From positions 774-64,773 of the forward strand of contig JAVBOA010000010.1 of the NCBI GenBank assembly GCA_031551135.1: a DNA stretch of 64,000 nt, read 5' to 3'. Source of the DNA: Eubacteriales bacterium (GTDB lineage: Bacteria; Bacillota; Clostridia; Lachnospirales; JAITVM01). The translations under genes and the position numbers were made by a program. Below the pieces are notes generated by a model that saw nothing but the letters and a program-made list of their open reading frames with translations, was not told where the DNA came from and searched no databases. Positions 26,442 through 36,431 of this stretch are shown here, one piece after another (within the stretch, counting starts at the first letter, position 1; the number at the start of each line of letters is the position of its first letter).

Positions 26442-27679
26442 GACATACATACAGCCTTTGCCCGATATGCTTCAAAAAAATTTCGGCTATACAAATCAAA
26501 AGAGGAAACGATTTTTATCTTGAAAAAGAATGTCCAAATCATGGAAAGTTTTCAACCATAGTTTGGCGCGGTGAGCCTAATCTCGAAAATTGGAGAGGCG
26601 ATTACCCGCCGCTCGAAAAAATGCCGCCGTGTCCGCAAGCCTGCGGCCTTTGCGCGGAGCATCAGCAACAGACTTGCTGTGTAATAATCGAAATTACGAA
26701 TCACTGCAATTTGGATTGTAATATTTGTTATAACGGCGGAAATAAAAATGATATTAACCCCGATACTGAGACCGTAAAAAATTGGATCAGTGAGTTAGCC
26801 GCTAAAGGCAAGAGTTTTTTGCAAATAAGCGGCGGCGAGCCGACAACAAGAGACGACATTCCCGAAATTATCGCGCATGCCAAAGAATGCGGCTTTGAAT
26901 ATATCCAACTCAATTCAAACGGTTTAAGAATCGCTTACGAGGACGGATATGCCAAAAATTTAGCAGATGCCGGGCTGAGTTTTGTCTTTTTGCAGTTTGA
27001 CGGCACTAACGACGATATTTACAGAAAACTGCGGAACAGAGAGCTTTTAAAAGAAAAGCTTGAAGTCATCAGAATTTGCGGCGAGCTGAATATCGGCGTT
27101 GCGCTCGTGGCTACGCTTGTACCCGGAATAAATATTGACGATATCGGAAATATTATACGGCTTGGAGCGTCGCTGTCGCCGGCGGTCAGAGGAGTGCATT
27201 TTCAACCGGTAGGATATATGGGAAAATTTAACCCGACGATTCCCGAAAACGATGACCGTTTCACATTGCCCGAATTAATCAGAGAGATTACAAAACAAAC
27301 CGAACTTCCGATTGAAAGCATTCTTGCTTCACGCTGTGACCACGCAATGTGCGGATTCCACGGCGATTTTATTTCCGAAAACGGCAAGCTAAGACCACTC
27401 GCCGTCAGAAAACCGACTACTTGCTGTTGTGATGTATCTGCCGAAGCAAATAGGAATTTTATCGGCAGAAGATGGAAAAGAAGTGAAAGCACCGATACCG
27501 AAGGCGGAGATAGTTTTGAAATTTTTCTGGAAAACTTGCGTCAGCACGGCTTTACAATCACCGCAATGGCTTTTCAAGATGCATATAGTATTGACTTTGA
27601 GAGAATTTGCAGATGTTCATTGCATGTCTATAAAGATAAAAATTTGATTCCGTTCTGCTTAAAGCATATTTTATATTGA
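26438..27679 (+). CDS. Radical SAM enzyme with an N-terminal zinc-ribbon (CPxC...CPNHG) and a Cys-rich C-terminus
   Basis: CNLDCNIC (Cx3Cx2C), QISGGEPT, N-terminal CPICFKK...ECPNHGKF, C-terminal TTCCCD. There is no in-frame TGA. Confidence 0.8.
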   Translation: MRHTYSLCPICFKKISAIQIKRGNDFYLEKECPNHGKFSTIVWRGEPNLENWRGDYPPLEKMPPCPQACGLCAEHQQQTCCVIIEITNHCNLDCNICYNGGNKNDINPDTETVKNWISELAAKGKSFLQISGGEPTTRDDIPEIIAHAKECGFEYIQLNSNGLRIAYEDGYAKNLADAGLSFVFLQFDGTNDDIYRKLRNRELLKEKLEVIRICGELNIGVALVATLVPGINIDDIGNIIRLGASLSPAVRGVHFQPVGYMGKFNPTIPENDDRFTLPELIREITKQTELPIESILASRCDHAMCGFHGDFISENGKLRPLAVRKPTTCCCDVSAEANRNFIGRRWKRSESTDTEGGDSFEIFLENLRQHGFTITAMAFQDAYSIDFERICRCSLHVYKDKNLIPFCLKHILY

Positions 27680-27722
27680 TACGATTTGATTCCAAAGGAT
27701 AGAAATAATATGACGAATAAAA

Positions 27723-27778
27723 AATTTCACACTCATTCTGCCCAAACTACCGAGCGGAACGAATGTGAAATTTTTTTC
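27723..27778. terminator. Probable bidirectional terminator between convergent operons
   Basis: ATTTCACA...TGTGAAAT stem flanked by an A-run (left) and TTTTTTT (right). Confidence 0.45.
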
Positions 27779-27788
27779 TTGAAATTCC

Positions 27789-29042
27789 TTAATGCTTTGA
27801 TATCAGCCTTTTTCCTAGTTTAGATGGTGAAAGTCCGTCCGACTTGTGAATAATTTTCACATCTGCCCCATAAATTCCGCAAATTTCGGATAAAGCCGCT
27901 TCGTAGGCTTTCGGGCGGATTTCGCAATTATCTTTGCTCCAAATTCCTATATTAATCAATTTCTCTGTTAAATTTAAATTTACCGAAAAGTCTACAATTT
28001 CTTCAAATCTAAACAGAATGTTGTCAAAATCAATCATTGAGACTTCGCCTTCTTTTCGGTAAGGCGGCGCGATTCTTGTAAGAAAAGAGCCGCATTGGCA
28101 TTTTTCTTTCATAAAATGCGTATAATCGCCGGTTCTGTATCGAATTAGCGGCACTCCCTCACGTTGCAGAGTAGTAAAAACTAATTCGCCGGTCGTTCCG
28201 TCCGGTAGCGGTATTCCGCTCAATGGGTCGATTACTTCGAAAAATAATTCTGCCTCTCGAAGATGCATGCCTTCGTGTGCGGAGCATTCAAGAGCCGCAC
28301 CGTAGCCCATTTCCGTAGTTCCGTAATGATTGAAAACGGTACAATCCAAATTATTTTCGATTCTTTTTCGGACAGTTTCGGCAAGACAATCCGCGGAAAG
28401 CAGTACGCTTTTGAGTTTATAATTTTTGTCTTTTAAATATTCCGAAAGTTCGAGAATCTGCACGGGCAATCCGGCGATACAATTCGGCTTGTATTCGATA
28501 AGATTGTTAAGTGCATCGGAAATATCTTTGATAGAGCCGTAAATTTCCGCTTGCATGCCTTTTTTTTCGCATGCAGATTTTAAAAGCTGAGAAACGCCGT
28601 ATTCGGAGCTTCCCGGCATAAAAATCAAAACTCTGTCACCATTTTTCGCAAGCTCGAGCATTCCCTGCGCAAAAAAATCCGTAGTCATTTCCAATTCGGA
28701 AGCCGTAAAGCCGATTCTTTTTGGCTCTCCTGTTGAGCCTGAGCTGAAGAGCGTTACCATTCGCAAAATCTCCTGCGGTGAAACCGAAAAAAAACTCTCC
28801 GCCTGATTTGTGATTAAATCTTCTGCCGAAGTCGTCTTTAGTTTTCCAAATTCTTCAAAAGATCCAATTTCTTTCGAAAACCGGTTTTTATAAAATTTAG
28901 AACTTTCGCCCGCCAGCGCAAGTGTTTTATTTATCGCTTTTAGCTGTAGCTTTCGCAAAGAAGCTAAACTGTTTTCCGAGACGGTTTTATTCAGCATATC
29001 GTTTACAAAAAAATCCAATACAGTTGGGTTCATATTGCTCAT
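27789..29042 (-). CDS. AMP-dependent (PaaK/phenylacetate-CoA-ligase-like) acyl-CoA ligase
   Basis: SSGSTGEPKR adenylation P-loop and YGTTE. About 417 aa, typical of the short PaaK-like branch. Confidence 0.75.
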   Translation of the reverse strand: MSNMNPTVLDFFVNDMLNKTVSENSLASLRKLQLKAINKTLALAGESSKFYKNRFSKEIGSFEEFGKLKTTSAEDLITNQAESFFSVSPQEILRMVTLFSSGSTGEPKRIGFTASELEMTTDFFAQGMLELAKNGDRVLIFMPGSSEYGVSQLLKSACEKKGMQAEIYGSIKDISDALNNLIEYKPNCIAGLPVQILELSEYLKDKNYKLKSVLLSADCLAETVRKRIENNLDCTVFNHYGTTEMGYGAALECSAHEGMHLREAELFFEVIDPLSGIPLPDGTTGELVFTTLQREGVPLIRYRTGDYTHFMKEKCQCGSFLTRIAPPYRKEGEVSMIDFDNILFRFEEIVDFSVNLNLTEKLINIGIWSKDNCEIRPKAYEAALSEICGIYGADVKIIHKSDGLSPSKLGKRLISKH

Positions 29043-29078
29043 CCTTTGGGAGTATTGTTCTATTTTTTGGAAAAATAT

Positions 29079-31283
29079 TTACAAATTATTTTTATTATAG
29101 TTAATCAAACATCCGGCAAGCAAAATTTCACGTTCTTTATCGTTCAATTCTCCGAGAGACAATTCGATTTCTTTATTTTTATTAAGAACGATACCTTTTA
29201 TAATCTCATCTTTGTTTATAATTGCTTTTTTCAAATCGGGGATATAAATATAATCATCTAATTCAAACTCGATTTCCGATTTCAGCACAAAAGGCATAAT
29301 TCCCCAATTTATTAAATTTGAGCGGTAGCGTTTTGTAGCGTATTCGCTGACGATATTCGCATAAGTTCCCAAAACTTTTTGGCAGGAAGCCGCCTGTTCA
29401 CGCGCCGAGCCGTCGCCCGGTTTTATTGCATAAACTGCCGAACCGATTGAGGTTTTCGAAAAATCTATCGGAAAACCGGATTTTATATTCGTTATATTTT
29501 CACCTTTAATGCGGCTTTTTTCGATTTCTTGAACAGCCTTGGCTTTCGGAACATAATCCGGATCTTTTCTCGATAATGTAAATTCCGCTAATTTCAGCGG
29601 ATTGGAACGATAACTCGAAGTTTCGCCAGAAGGAATTAATTCGTCTGTAGTCGTAACTTTATCCGTAATAAATGAAACAATTTTTATCAGCATATTATCT
29701 GCAAGCTCAATCATTTCCGGCCAATCTGCGATATTCGGTCCGTAAATCAATTCCGATTCGCTTTTTGGATTATTATATCCGTTATAACAGCGTTTTTCAT
29801 AGATACTCAAATCGAATGCGTATTTTGGAATATTATTATCAATTTCTCCTGCCGCTGTCAAAAATCCGCCGTTTGCGGCAGTTGCGGCAATTGATTTTGC
29901 GTCCATCAATGCGACTCCGGTCATTTGACCGTCGGAAGGTTTTGAGCCGTCACGGTTTGGAAAATTACGTGTAGTATGGCGGATGCTCAAGCTTCCGTTT
30001 TTAGGTATATCGCCTGCGCCGAAGCACGGACCGCAAAACGCAGGTTTTATTACCGCGCCCGAGGAAATTAATTTTGCAATCGTTCCGTTTTTGACAAGCT
30101 CTAAATATGACGGCTGAGATTCCGGATAAAGCGTTAAAGAAAATTCGTCGTTTCCGAGGGCGGTATTTTCCAAAATATTCGCCGCATGACATACGGAAGC
30201 GTAATTTCCTCCGGCGCAACCGGCGATAATTCCCTGATCGACTTTCAATTTTCCGTTTATAATTTTCTTGCTTAAATCCAATTTCAATTTAGGATCTTTT
30301 ACGTAATTAAGGCTGTCTTCAGCGACTTTCGATAAAATTTCTTCAAGATTATTGTTAAGATAATCGATTTCATAAACATTGCTTGGATGGAAAGGCAGAG
30401 CAATCATTGGTCTTATTTCGGATAAATCGATTTCAATAAGACCGTCATAATAAGCAGTATCTTTTATAGAAAGAGGCTTGTAATCTCCGCCGCGCAAATG
30501 CGTTTTCAAGTACTCCTCCGTGATTTCGTCGGTTTCCCAAATACTCGATAGGCAAGTGGTTTCGGTAGTCATAACGTCGATTCCGTTTCGGAAATAAATA
30601 TCCAGATTTTTTATTCCGTCTCCCACAAATTCCAGAACTTTATTTTTCACAAAGCCCGACGCGAATACTTTACCGATAAGCGCAAGCGCAACGTCATGCG
30701 GACCGATATTGCTCTTTGGTTTTCCGCTCAATTTTACACAGATAATTTCCGGGTAATTTATATCGTAAGTTTGGTTAAGAAGCTGTTTTGCAAGCTCGCC
30801 GCCGCCTTCTCCAATAGCCATTGTTCCGAGCGCGCCGTATCTTGTATGCGAATCCGAGCCGAGAATCATTTTTCCGCAGCCGGCAAACATTTCACGCATA
30901 TATGAATGAATAACTGCCATATTTGGGGGAACGAAAATTCCGCCGTATTTTTTTGCCGCCGAAAGTCCGAAAACGTGGTCATCCTCGTTAATCGTTCCGC
31001 CGACCGAACAAAGCGTGTTATGGCAATTTGTCAGAACATAAGGTATCGGAAATTTTTGCAGACCGGAAGCTTTTGCGGTTTGAATAATTCCGACGTAAGT
31101 TATGTCATGCGAAGCCATAGCGTCAAAAACGATTTTCAATTTATCCATATTTCCGGATTTATTGTGATTTTCCAGAATTCTATAAGATATTGTATTTTTT
31201 TTCGCTTCATCTACAGGCATTTGAGTATTTTCTAAAATTTCATATTTATTGCTGACAAAAATTCCTTTATCAATAATTTTCAT
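29079..31283 (-). CDS. Aconitase-superfamily hydratase (fused catalytic and swivel domains)
   Basis: [12 protein letters not shown] and CGPCFGAGD cluster-ligand motifs. C-terminal swivel-like region ([22 protein letters not shown]). 36 nt upstream of the CoA ligase gene. Confidence 0.75.
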   Translation of the reverse strand: MKIIDKGIFVSNKYEILENTQMPVDEAKKNTISYRILENHNKSGNMDKLKIVFDAMASHDITYVGIIQTAKASGLQKFPIPYVLTNCHNTLCSVGGTINEDDHVFGLSAAKKYGGIFVPPNMAVIHSYMREMFAGCGKMILGSDSHTRYGALGTMAIGEGGGELAKQLLNQTYDINYPEIICVKLSGKPKSNIGPHDVALALIGKVFASGFVKNKVLEFVGDGIKNLDIYFRNGIDVMTTETTCLSSIWETDEITEEYLKTHLRGGDYKPLSIKDTAYYDGLIEIDLSEIRPMIALPFHPSNVYEIDYLNNNLEEILSKVAEDSLNYVKDPKLKLDLSKKIINGKLKVDQGIIAGCAGGNYASVCHAANILENTALGNDEFSLTLYPESQPSYLELVKNGTIAKLISSGAVIKPAFCGPCFGAGDIPKNGSLSIRHTTRNFPNRDGSKPSDGQMTGVALMDAKSIAATAANGGFLTAAGEIDNNIPKYAFDLSIYEKRCYNGYNNPKSESELIYGPNIADWPEMIELADNMLIKIVSFITDKVTTTDELIPSGETSSYRSNPLKLAEFTLSRKDPDYVPKAKAVQEIEKSRIKGENITNIKSGFPIDFSKTSIGSAVYAIKPGDGSAREQAASCQKVLGTYANIVSEYATKRYRSNLINWGIMPFVLKSEIEFELDDYIYIPDLKKAIINKDEIIKGIVLNKNKEIELSLGELNDKEREILLAGCLINYNKNNL

Positions 31284-31476
31284 TTAAATCCTCCATATCC
31301 GCTCGTATAATTATTCATAATATCTTTTAAAAGTATAGTATATATTCATACTTAAAGCAATATAGCGGATTGATTTTTGAATCTTATTTTTCTTACAAGA
31401 ATTTTTTCTGAGACATACACAAAATTTTTTTATTTGCGTATGTTGGAATTAAAATATATTTTCGAGGTGGGTACTA

Positions 31477-31920
31477 ATGGATATTGGTCAAGATGTAAAG
31501 AATAATAATGATATTTTAAGAGACTATGGACCCGGCGCATTTGTGGTAGAAATAGATAAGATTGCAGAAATAAATAATAATTACCGAACCGCATTATGGA
31601 CAGGCAAATATATACAGCTTACTTTAATGAGCATAAAACCAAACGAATCTATCGGGCTTGAAATGCATCCCGACACAGACCAGATTATTTTCATTGTTAA
31701 AGGAAAAGGTATGGTAAAAATGGGAGACACGCAAGAAAACATGACATTCGAGAGCAATGTATTTGAAGATTGTGCAATTTTTGTTCCGGCCGGAAAATGG
31801 CATAATGTTATGAATACAGGGCGAGTCCCGATGAAAATTTATACAGTATACGCGCCGCCACATCATCCGCACGGCACCATTCAAACAAATCCTTCGGATA
31901 TTGAAAAAGAAATGTATTAA
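31477..31920 (+). CDS. Cupin-domain protein
   Basis: GLEMHPDTDQIIFIVKGKG...FVPAGKWHNVMNTG two-motif cupin pattern. Confidence 0.6.
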   Translation: MDIGQDVKNNNDILRDYGPGAFVVEIDKIAEINNNYRTALWTGKYIQLTLMSIKPNESIGLEMHPDTDQIIFIVKGKGMVKMGDTQENMTFESNVFEDCAIFVPAGKWHNVMNTGRVPMKIYTVYAPPHHPHGTIQTNPSDIEKEMY

Positions 31921-32025
31921 AAAAATATTATTTCAATAATAATCGCTTATTCGTGAACAAATATTGATAGATATTTTATTTACAAATATTTTTGAATTTG
32001 GTATACTAATTTCAAAAAAAAGGAA

Positions 32026-32757
32026 GTGTTTGATTTGGAATTAATTATTTGTAATGATGCTATAGAAGCCGCAAAAAAGGCAACAGAAGTTTTTATTGAG
32101 CAAATAAAAGAAAAATCGGATTCGTTATTGGGTTTTGCAACAGGCTCAACACCGCTTTTATTATATAAAAATCTTGCTGAAGCCAATAAAAACGGAGAAG
32201 TTTCTTTCGAAAACGTAAAAACGGTTAATCTTGATGAATATGTTGGGCTTGAACCGACTCATGACCAATCCTACAGATATTTCATGAATACAAATCTTTT
32301 TGATAATTTGAATATTAAAAAAGAAAATACCTATGTTCCGAACGGAATCGGCGACCCATACGAAAACGCCAAAAAATATGACGAAGTTTTAGAAAAACTC
32401 GGCGCGGTAGATCTTCAGCTTTTGGGAATCGGAAATAACGGACATATCGCTTTTAATGAACCCGGCTCTTCTTTTGAAGCAACAACTTCTATTATTGATT
32501 TGACAGAAAATACAATTCAAGCGAACTCAAGATTTTTTGAAAGTATCGATAATGTTCCCAAAAAGGCGATAAGCATGGGAATTAAATCTATATTAAGCGC
32601 GAAAAAAATCGTACTTATCGCTACAGGAAAAAACAAAGCAGAAGCTCTTAGAGATATGTTTAAACTTGAACCAACCGAGGCCATGCCTGCCTCCGCTCTC
32701 CAAAATCATCCGAATGTTCTGGTTTTTGCGGATAAAGATGCAGCTTCATTGATGTAA
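32026..32757 (+). CDS. nagB: Glucosamine-6-phosphate deaminase
   Basis: GFATGSTPLLLY, NLDEYVGL, LLGIGNNGHIAFNEPGSSF. The start is ambiguous (GTG 32026 or TTG 32035). Confidence 0.88.
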   Translation: MFDLELIICNDAIEAAKKATEVFIEQIKEKSDSLLGFATGSTPLLLYKNLAEANKNGEVSFENVKTVNLDEYVGLEPTHDQSYRYFMNTNLFDNLNIKKENTYVPNGIGDPYENAKKYDEVLEKLGAVDLQLLGIGNNGHIAFNEPGSSFEATTSIIDLTENTIQANSRFFESIDNVPKKAISMGIKSILSAKKIVLIATGKNKAEALRDMFKLEPTEAMPASALQNHPNVLVFADKDAASLM

Positions 32758-32938
32758 CAAAGTTTCGATTATTTAAAAATAAAACGGTGTGATTTTTTGA
32801 ATTTCAAAAGTCACGCTGTTTTTTATTTTTTTACAAATTATGATGTTTTAATTAAAAAATCAACTTACCCCTTGAAATTATTACAAAAAGCATATATATT
32901 ATAGGGTATCGAACGAGAATCGATTTTTTTATAGTTTT

Positions 32939-32969
32939 ATACTATTTTCATCATAAATGAAAATAGTAT
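32939..32969. repeat. Mini-form palindromic repeat (shortest version)
   Basis: ATACTATTTTCA-tcataaa-TGAAAATAGTAT, perfect 12-bp arms. Solo arm-like sequences follow at 33006..33017 and 33031..33042. Confidence 0.75.
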
Positions 32970-33072
32970 TACCTTAATTTAAATATTATTTATTGGGTCG
33001 AAAAAGATAAATAGTATTTTTATTTAAATGTTGAAAATAGTTTTGTTTGCATTGAGAAAGAAATTGCAGTAA

Positions 33073-33106
33073 ATACTATTTCCATTCTACAGGGTAGAAA
33101 TAGTAT
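33073..33106. repeat. Mini-form palindromic repeat
   Basis: ATACTATTTCCA-ttctacagg-GTAGAAATAGTAT. Confidence 0.65.
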
Positions 33107-33197
33107 GTTTTAGAGTTTTTTCCTGATTCATAAAAAATAATGAAATCGAAAATTCTATTGACCACGGAACATAAATTAACAGCAAGGGAGGAAATTT

Positions 33198-34208
33198 ATG
33201 CTTAAGAAAAGTGTCTTCTCAATAGATTATGAGTTTTCGGCTATCGGTCTTGGCTGTCGCTCATTTTCCGGAAAAAGCTATTGGAGTACATATAACGAGA
33301 CCGATTCGGTAGCGGTAATAAACAATGCGCTGAACCTCGGCATAAACGTTTTTGACGTTTCGCCGACATATGGCAACGGACACGCCGAATCGCTTCTTGG
33401 AAAAACTCTGAACGAAGCAAAAAAACGAAACGATGTTTTTATAATCACAAAGGGCGGACTTATTCTTGAAAAAAATAATAAAATCAGAATCGATTTATCA
33501 CGAGAGAGTATCTTAAAGGGAATTGATGAAAGTTTAAAGCGTTTGAAAACAAATTATATCGATTTGTATACATGCCATTTTCCGGACCCTAATTCGGATA
33601 TTGTGGAAACAATGGAAACGCTTGTTTTTCTGAAAAAGCTTGGAAAAATACGGTATATCGGGCTTACAAACTTTTCAAAAAGTGAAACGGAGCGCGCGCT
33701 GCGTGTTGCAAAGGTCAATGCACTTCAGGGGCTTTACAATCTTATCGAGCGGAATCCCAGATATGTCTATACATCGGCGCTTTCATATTTATCAGAAAAA
33801 GACCTTTTCCCATTATGTAAAGATGAGAGTATGGCTTTTTTTCCGTACAGTCCTCTGTTCCACGGCGTTTTGACGGATAATTACCGCAAACATATTTATC
33901 ATGAAACCGATATTCGAAAAGACGACCCTAAGCTTTCTGATGAAAGAATAAAATCTTATGTTTCACTTTTGGAAAAATTAGAAAATTTCGCAAAGGAAAT
34001 CGGAAGAACCATCAGCCAAATTGCGATTAATTTTTTAATCCAAAAAGAAGCCGTTACTTCTGTTTTGGCAGGCGCGAGCAATCCCGCACAGCTTATTTCA
34101 AATGCTCAAGCAGTGAATTTTATGCTGACCAATGAAGAACTTAGCGTAATTGAAAAATTTGTCCATGATTTCAGCCTTGAAACCGGAGATATTTTTCAGG
34201 ATATTTAA
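33198..34208 (+). CDS. Aldo/keto reductase family oxidoreductase
   Basis: FDVSPTYGNGHAESLLG, IITKGG, YIDLYTCHFPD, GLTNFS. Confidence 0.8.
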   Translation: MLKKSVFSIDYEFSAIGLGCRSFSGKSYWSTYNETDSVAVINNALNLGINVFDVSPTYGNGHAESLLGKTLNEAKKRNDVFIITKGGLILEKNNKIRIDLSRESILKGIDESLKRLKTNYIDLYTCHFPDPNSDIVETMETLVFLKKLGKIRYIGLTNFSKSETERALRVAKVNALQGLYNLIERNPRYVYTSALSYLSEKDLFPLCKDESMAFFPYSPLFHGVLTDNYRKHIYHETDIRKDDPKLSDERIKSYVSLLEKLENFAKEIGRTISQIAINFLIQKEAVTSVLAGASNPAQLISNAQAVNFMLTNEELSVIEKFVHDFSLETGDIFQDI

Positions 34209-34593
34209 TTTCAAAATAATAAGGAGTTTGTGAAATTTTTTCGCAGGCTCTTTTTTGTTATCAAACATTATGCACAAAATATTTATAACGAATTCTTGTA
34301 ATAAAGCTATAATTATTATATACTAATTATATCCAAGATATTTCACTGCTAAGACTATACTTATTAACCTTTTCACATTAATCTTTTTAAAAATTATTAT
34401 TTCGCTTAATTCAAGCCATAATAGCACATAGAGCATAAATATATTTAAATTACAAATTTTAACTAAAAATTTCATATTGTATTCTAATAATTGGTGAATG
34501 TTCTCTTTCTCTTATATAATATATTCATATTTTGAATTTTCAAAAATATATTATTTTTAAGAAGCTTTCCAAAAGCTTTAAGGGGAGACAAAT

Positions 34594-35181
34594 GTGAAAA
34601 ACCTAAAATTGATTTTTGTGATTTTTATTTCAATTATTTTGCTTTCGTGTGATGAAAATAAAATCCCTATAGATAAGATCGAAATAATTTTAAATGACTC
34701 GAACGCCGAAAAAGGTAAATTGGATATAGCTCAAACAAAGAAATTTTACGAGCAAGAAAAAAATGAAACCGACTCAGTTGTTTTGGATAAAGGGCGCGCC
34801 TTGGAAGAATTGCGCCTGCAATATAAAAAATATACCGTGGAGCAACTTGAAGAAATCATAGAGTTTTATGAGGAATATAATAAATTGGACGGCATAATAT
34901 CTTCTGCACCTGATAGCAGCTTAACCGGCGATTATATAGGGCTTAAAGAGGATAATGATTTTAGAAATTATGTTTTTGTTTATAAATTCAGCGGTGATTT
35001 GAAGAAATTAGATGAAATTAATTTTGATGCGATAAATAAATTTTTCAACGAATCCGAGCTTATTATAAAATCATCAGAAAAAGACGAAAGACTGAGTTTT
35101 TTTCTAATCGATGAATATTTAGTATCAGTTAGCGGAAAATATAATGATAAACTTGATGAAATAAAAAAATCTTTTCAATAG
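34594..35181 (+). CDS. Hypothetical lipoprotein
   Basis: GTG start with AAGGGGAG RBS, lipobox ILLSC. No recognisable domain. Confidence 0.5.
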   Translation: MKNLKLIFVIFISIILLSCDENKIPIDKIEIILNDSNAEKGKLDIAQTKKFYEQEKNETDSVVLDKGRALEELRLQYKKYTVEQLEEIIEFYEEYNKLDGIISSAPDSSLTGDYIGLKEDNDFRNYVFVYKFSGDLKKLDEINFDAINKFFNESELIIKSSEKDERLSFFLIDEYLVSVSGKYNDKLDEIKKSFQ

Positions 35182-35275
35182 TTGAAATATATTTCACAAA
35201 AAAGATTGCATAATTCGACAGTATTTCGAGATGTTTTTTCAATAAGCAAACGTATAATACTGAACTATTAAGTAT

Positions 35276-35302
35276 TTGACAAATAATTTGTTTTGATATA
35301 AT
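35276..35302 (+). promoter_or_regulatory. Putative promoter for cysK
   Basis: TTGACA (35276..35281), 15-nt spacer, then an extended -10 TGATATAAT (35294..35302). The spacer is short. Confidence 0.4.
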
Positions 35303-35392
35303 ATTTCATGAAATAAGCTTTTTAATAGTTACATTGGTATATTTTGAGACCTCTGACATATTCTATAAACAAGACCGAACGGGAGGAAAAAA

Positions 35393-36319
35393 ATGTTTAA
35401 AAACAATATTGATGAGCTTATCGGCAAAACGCCTTTGCTGAAACTAAATAATTTTATTTTGAAATATAATTTAGAAGCTGATATTTTTGCGAAGCTGGAG
35501 TATTTTAATCCGGCTGGAAGCGTTAAAGACAGGGTTGCTAAAGCAATGCTTGACGACGCTGAGCAAAAGAATTTGATAAATAAAGAATCGGTTATTATTG
35601 AGCCGACAAGCGGCAATACCGGTATCGGGCTTTCGTCAATCTGCGCATCCCGCGGATATAAATTGATTTTGACTATGCCCGAAACAATGTCGATTGAACG
35701 CCGAAAACTTTTAAAAGCCTACGGCGCTGAAATTGTATTGACCGAAGGCGATAAAGGAATGAAAGGCGCAATCGAAAAAGCCGAAGCTCTGAATAAAGAA
35801 ATTCCCAATTCCATAATTTTGGGTCAATTTATAAATCCGTCAAATCCTAAAGTCCACTATGCCACAACAGGTCCAGAAATTTGGGAAGATATGGACGGAA
35901 ATATCGATATATTTGTTGGAACGGTCGGAACCGGCGGAACTCTATCCGGTACCGGAAATTTTTTGAAATCTAAAAATAATGAAATAAAAATCGTAGCCGT
36001 AGAACCGCAAAGCTCTAATATTTTATCCGGCGGAAAAGCAGGCGCACATAAAATTCAAGGAATCGGCGCAGGCTTTGTGCCTTTAAATTTAGATACCTCC
36101 GTTTATGATGAAATTATCACGGTTACGGACGAAGACGCATTTTTTTATCTAAGCGAAATCTGCAAATCCGACGGAGTTTTGGTAGGAATATCTTCGGGAG
36201 CGGTACTTTTTGCGGCAAAAACCCTTGCCGAGCGCCCCGAAAATAAAAATAAAAATATTGTTGTTGTATTTCCTGATACCGGTGAGAGATATTTATCTAC
36301 GCCCGTGTTTTCAGAATAA
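35393..36319 (+). CDS. cysK: Cysteine synthase A (O-acetylserine sulfhydrylase)
   Basis: IGKTPLLKLN, NPAGSVKDR (PLP lysine), EPTSGNTGIGL, GTGGTLSG. Confidence 0.9.
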   Translation: MFKNNIDELIGKTPLLKLNNFILKYNLEADIFAKLEYFNPAGSVKDRVAKAMLDDAEQKNLINKESVIIEPTSGNTGIGLSSICASRGYKLILTMPETMSIERRKLLKAYGAEIVLTEGDKGMKGAIEKAEALNKEIPNSIILGQFINPSNPKVHYATTGPEIWEDMDGNIDIFVGTVGTGGTLSGTGNFLKSKNNEIKIVAVEPQSSNILSGGKAGAHKIQGIGAGFVPLNLDTSVYDEIITVTDEDAFFYLSEICKSDGVLVGISSGAVLFAAKTLAERPENKNKNIVVVFPDTGERYLSTPVFSE

Positions 36320-36431
36320 ATTTTCTTGAGACTCCCCAAATTCTCAAGAGCCCCTCTAAAATAAAGCTTAAGGCTTTATTAAGGCTGCCGTTGATAATAT
36401 CCGGCAGCCAGTTTTTTTATGAAATCTTTTA

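Noticed and set aside
26438-27679. Selenocysteine recoding in the radical SAM gene
   Set aside because: The reading frame is uninterrupted, with no in-frame TGA, and I saw no SECIS-like hairpin. This copy uses Cys.
27710-27823. 37-aa ORF (MTNKKFHTHSAQTTERNE...) between the convergent operons
   Set aside because: It overlaps the terminator hairpin and the 3' end of the CoA-ligase gene, and its RBS is weak. It is most likely fortuitous.
35303-35392. T-box or S-box leader upstream of cysK
   Set aside because: The 5' UTR implied by the putative promoter is only about 85 nt. It lacks the conserved T-box or SAM-riboswitch sequence blocks, and no terminator hairpin is present.
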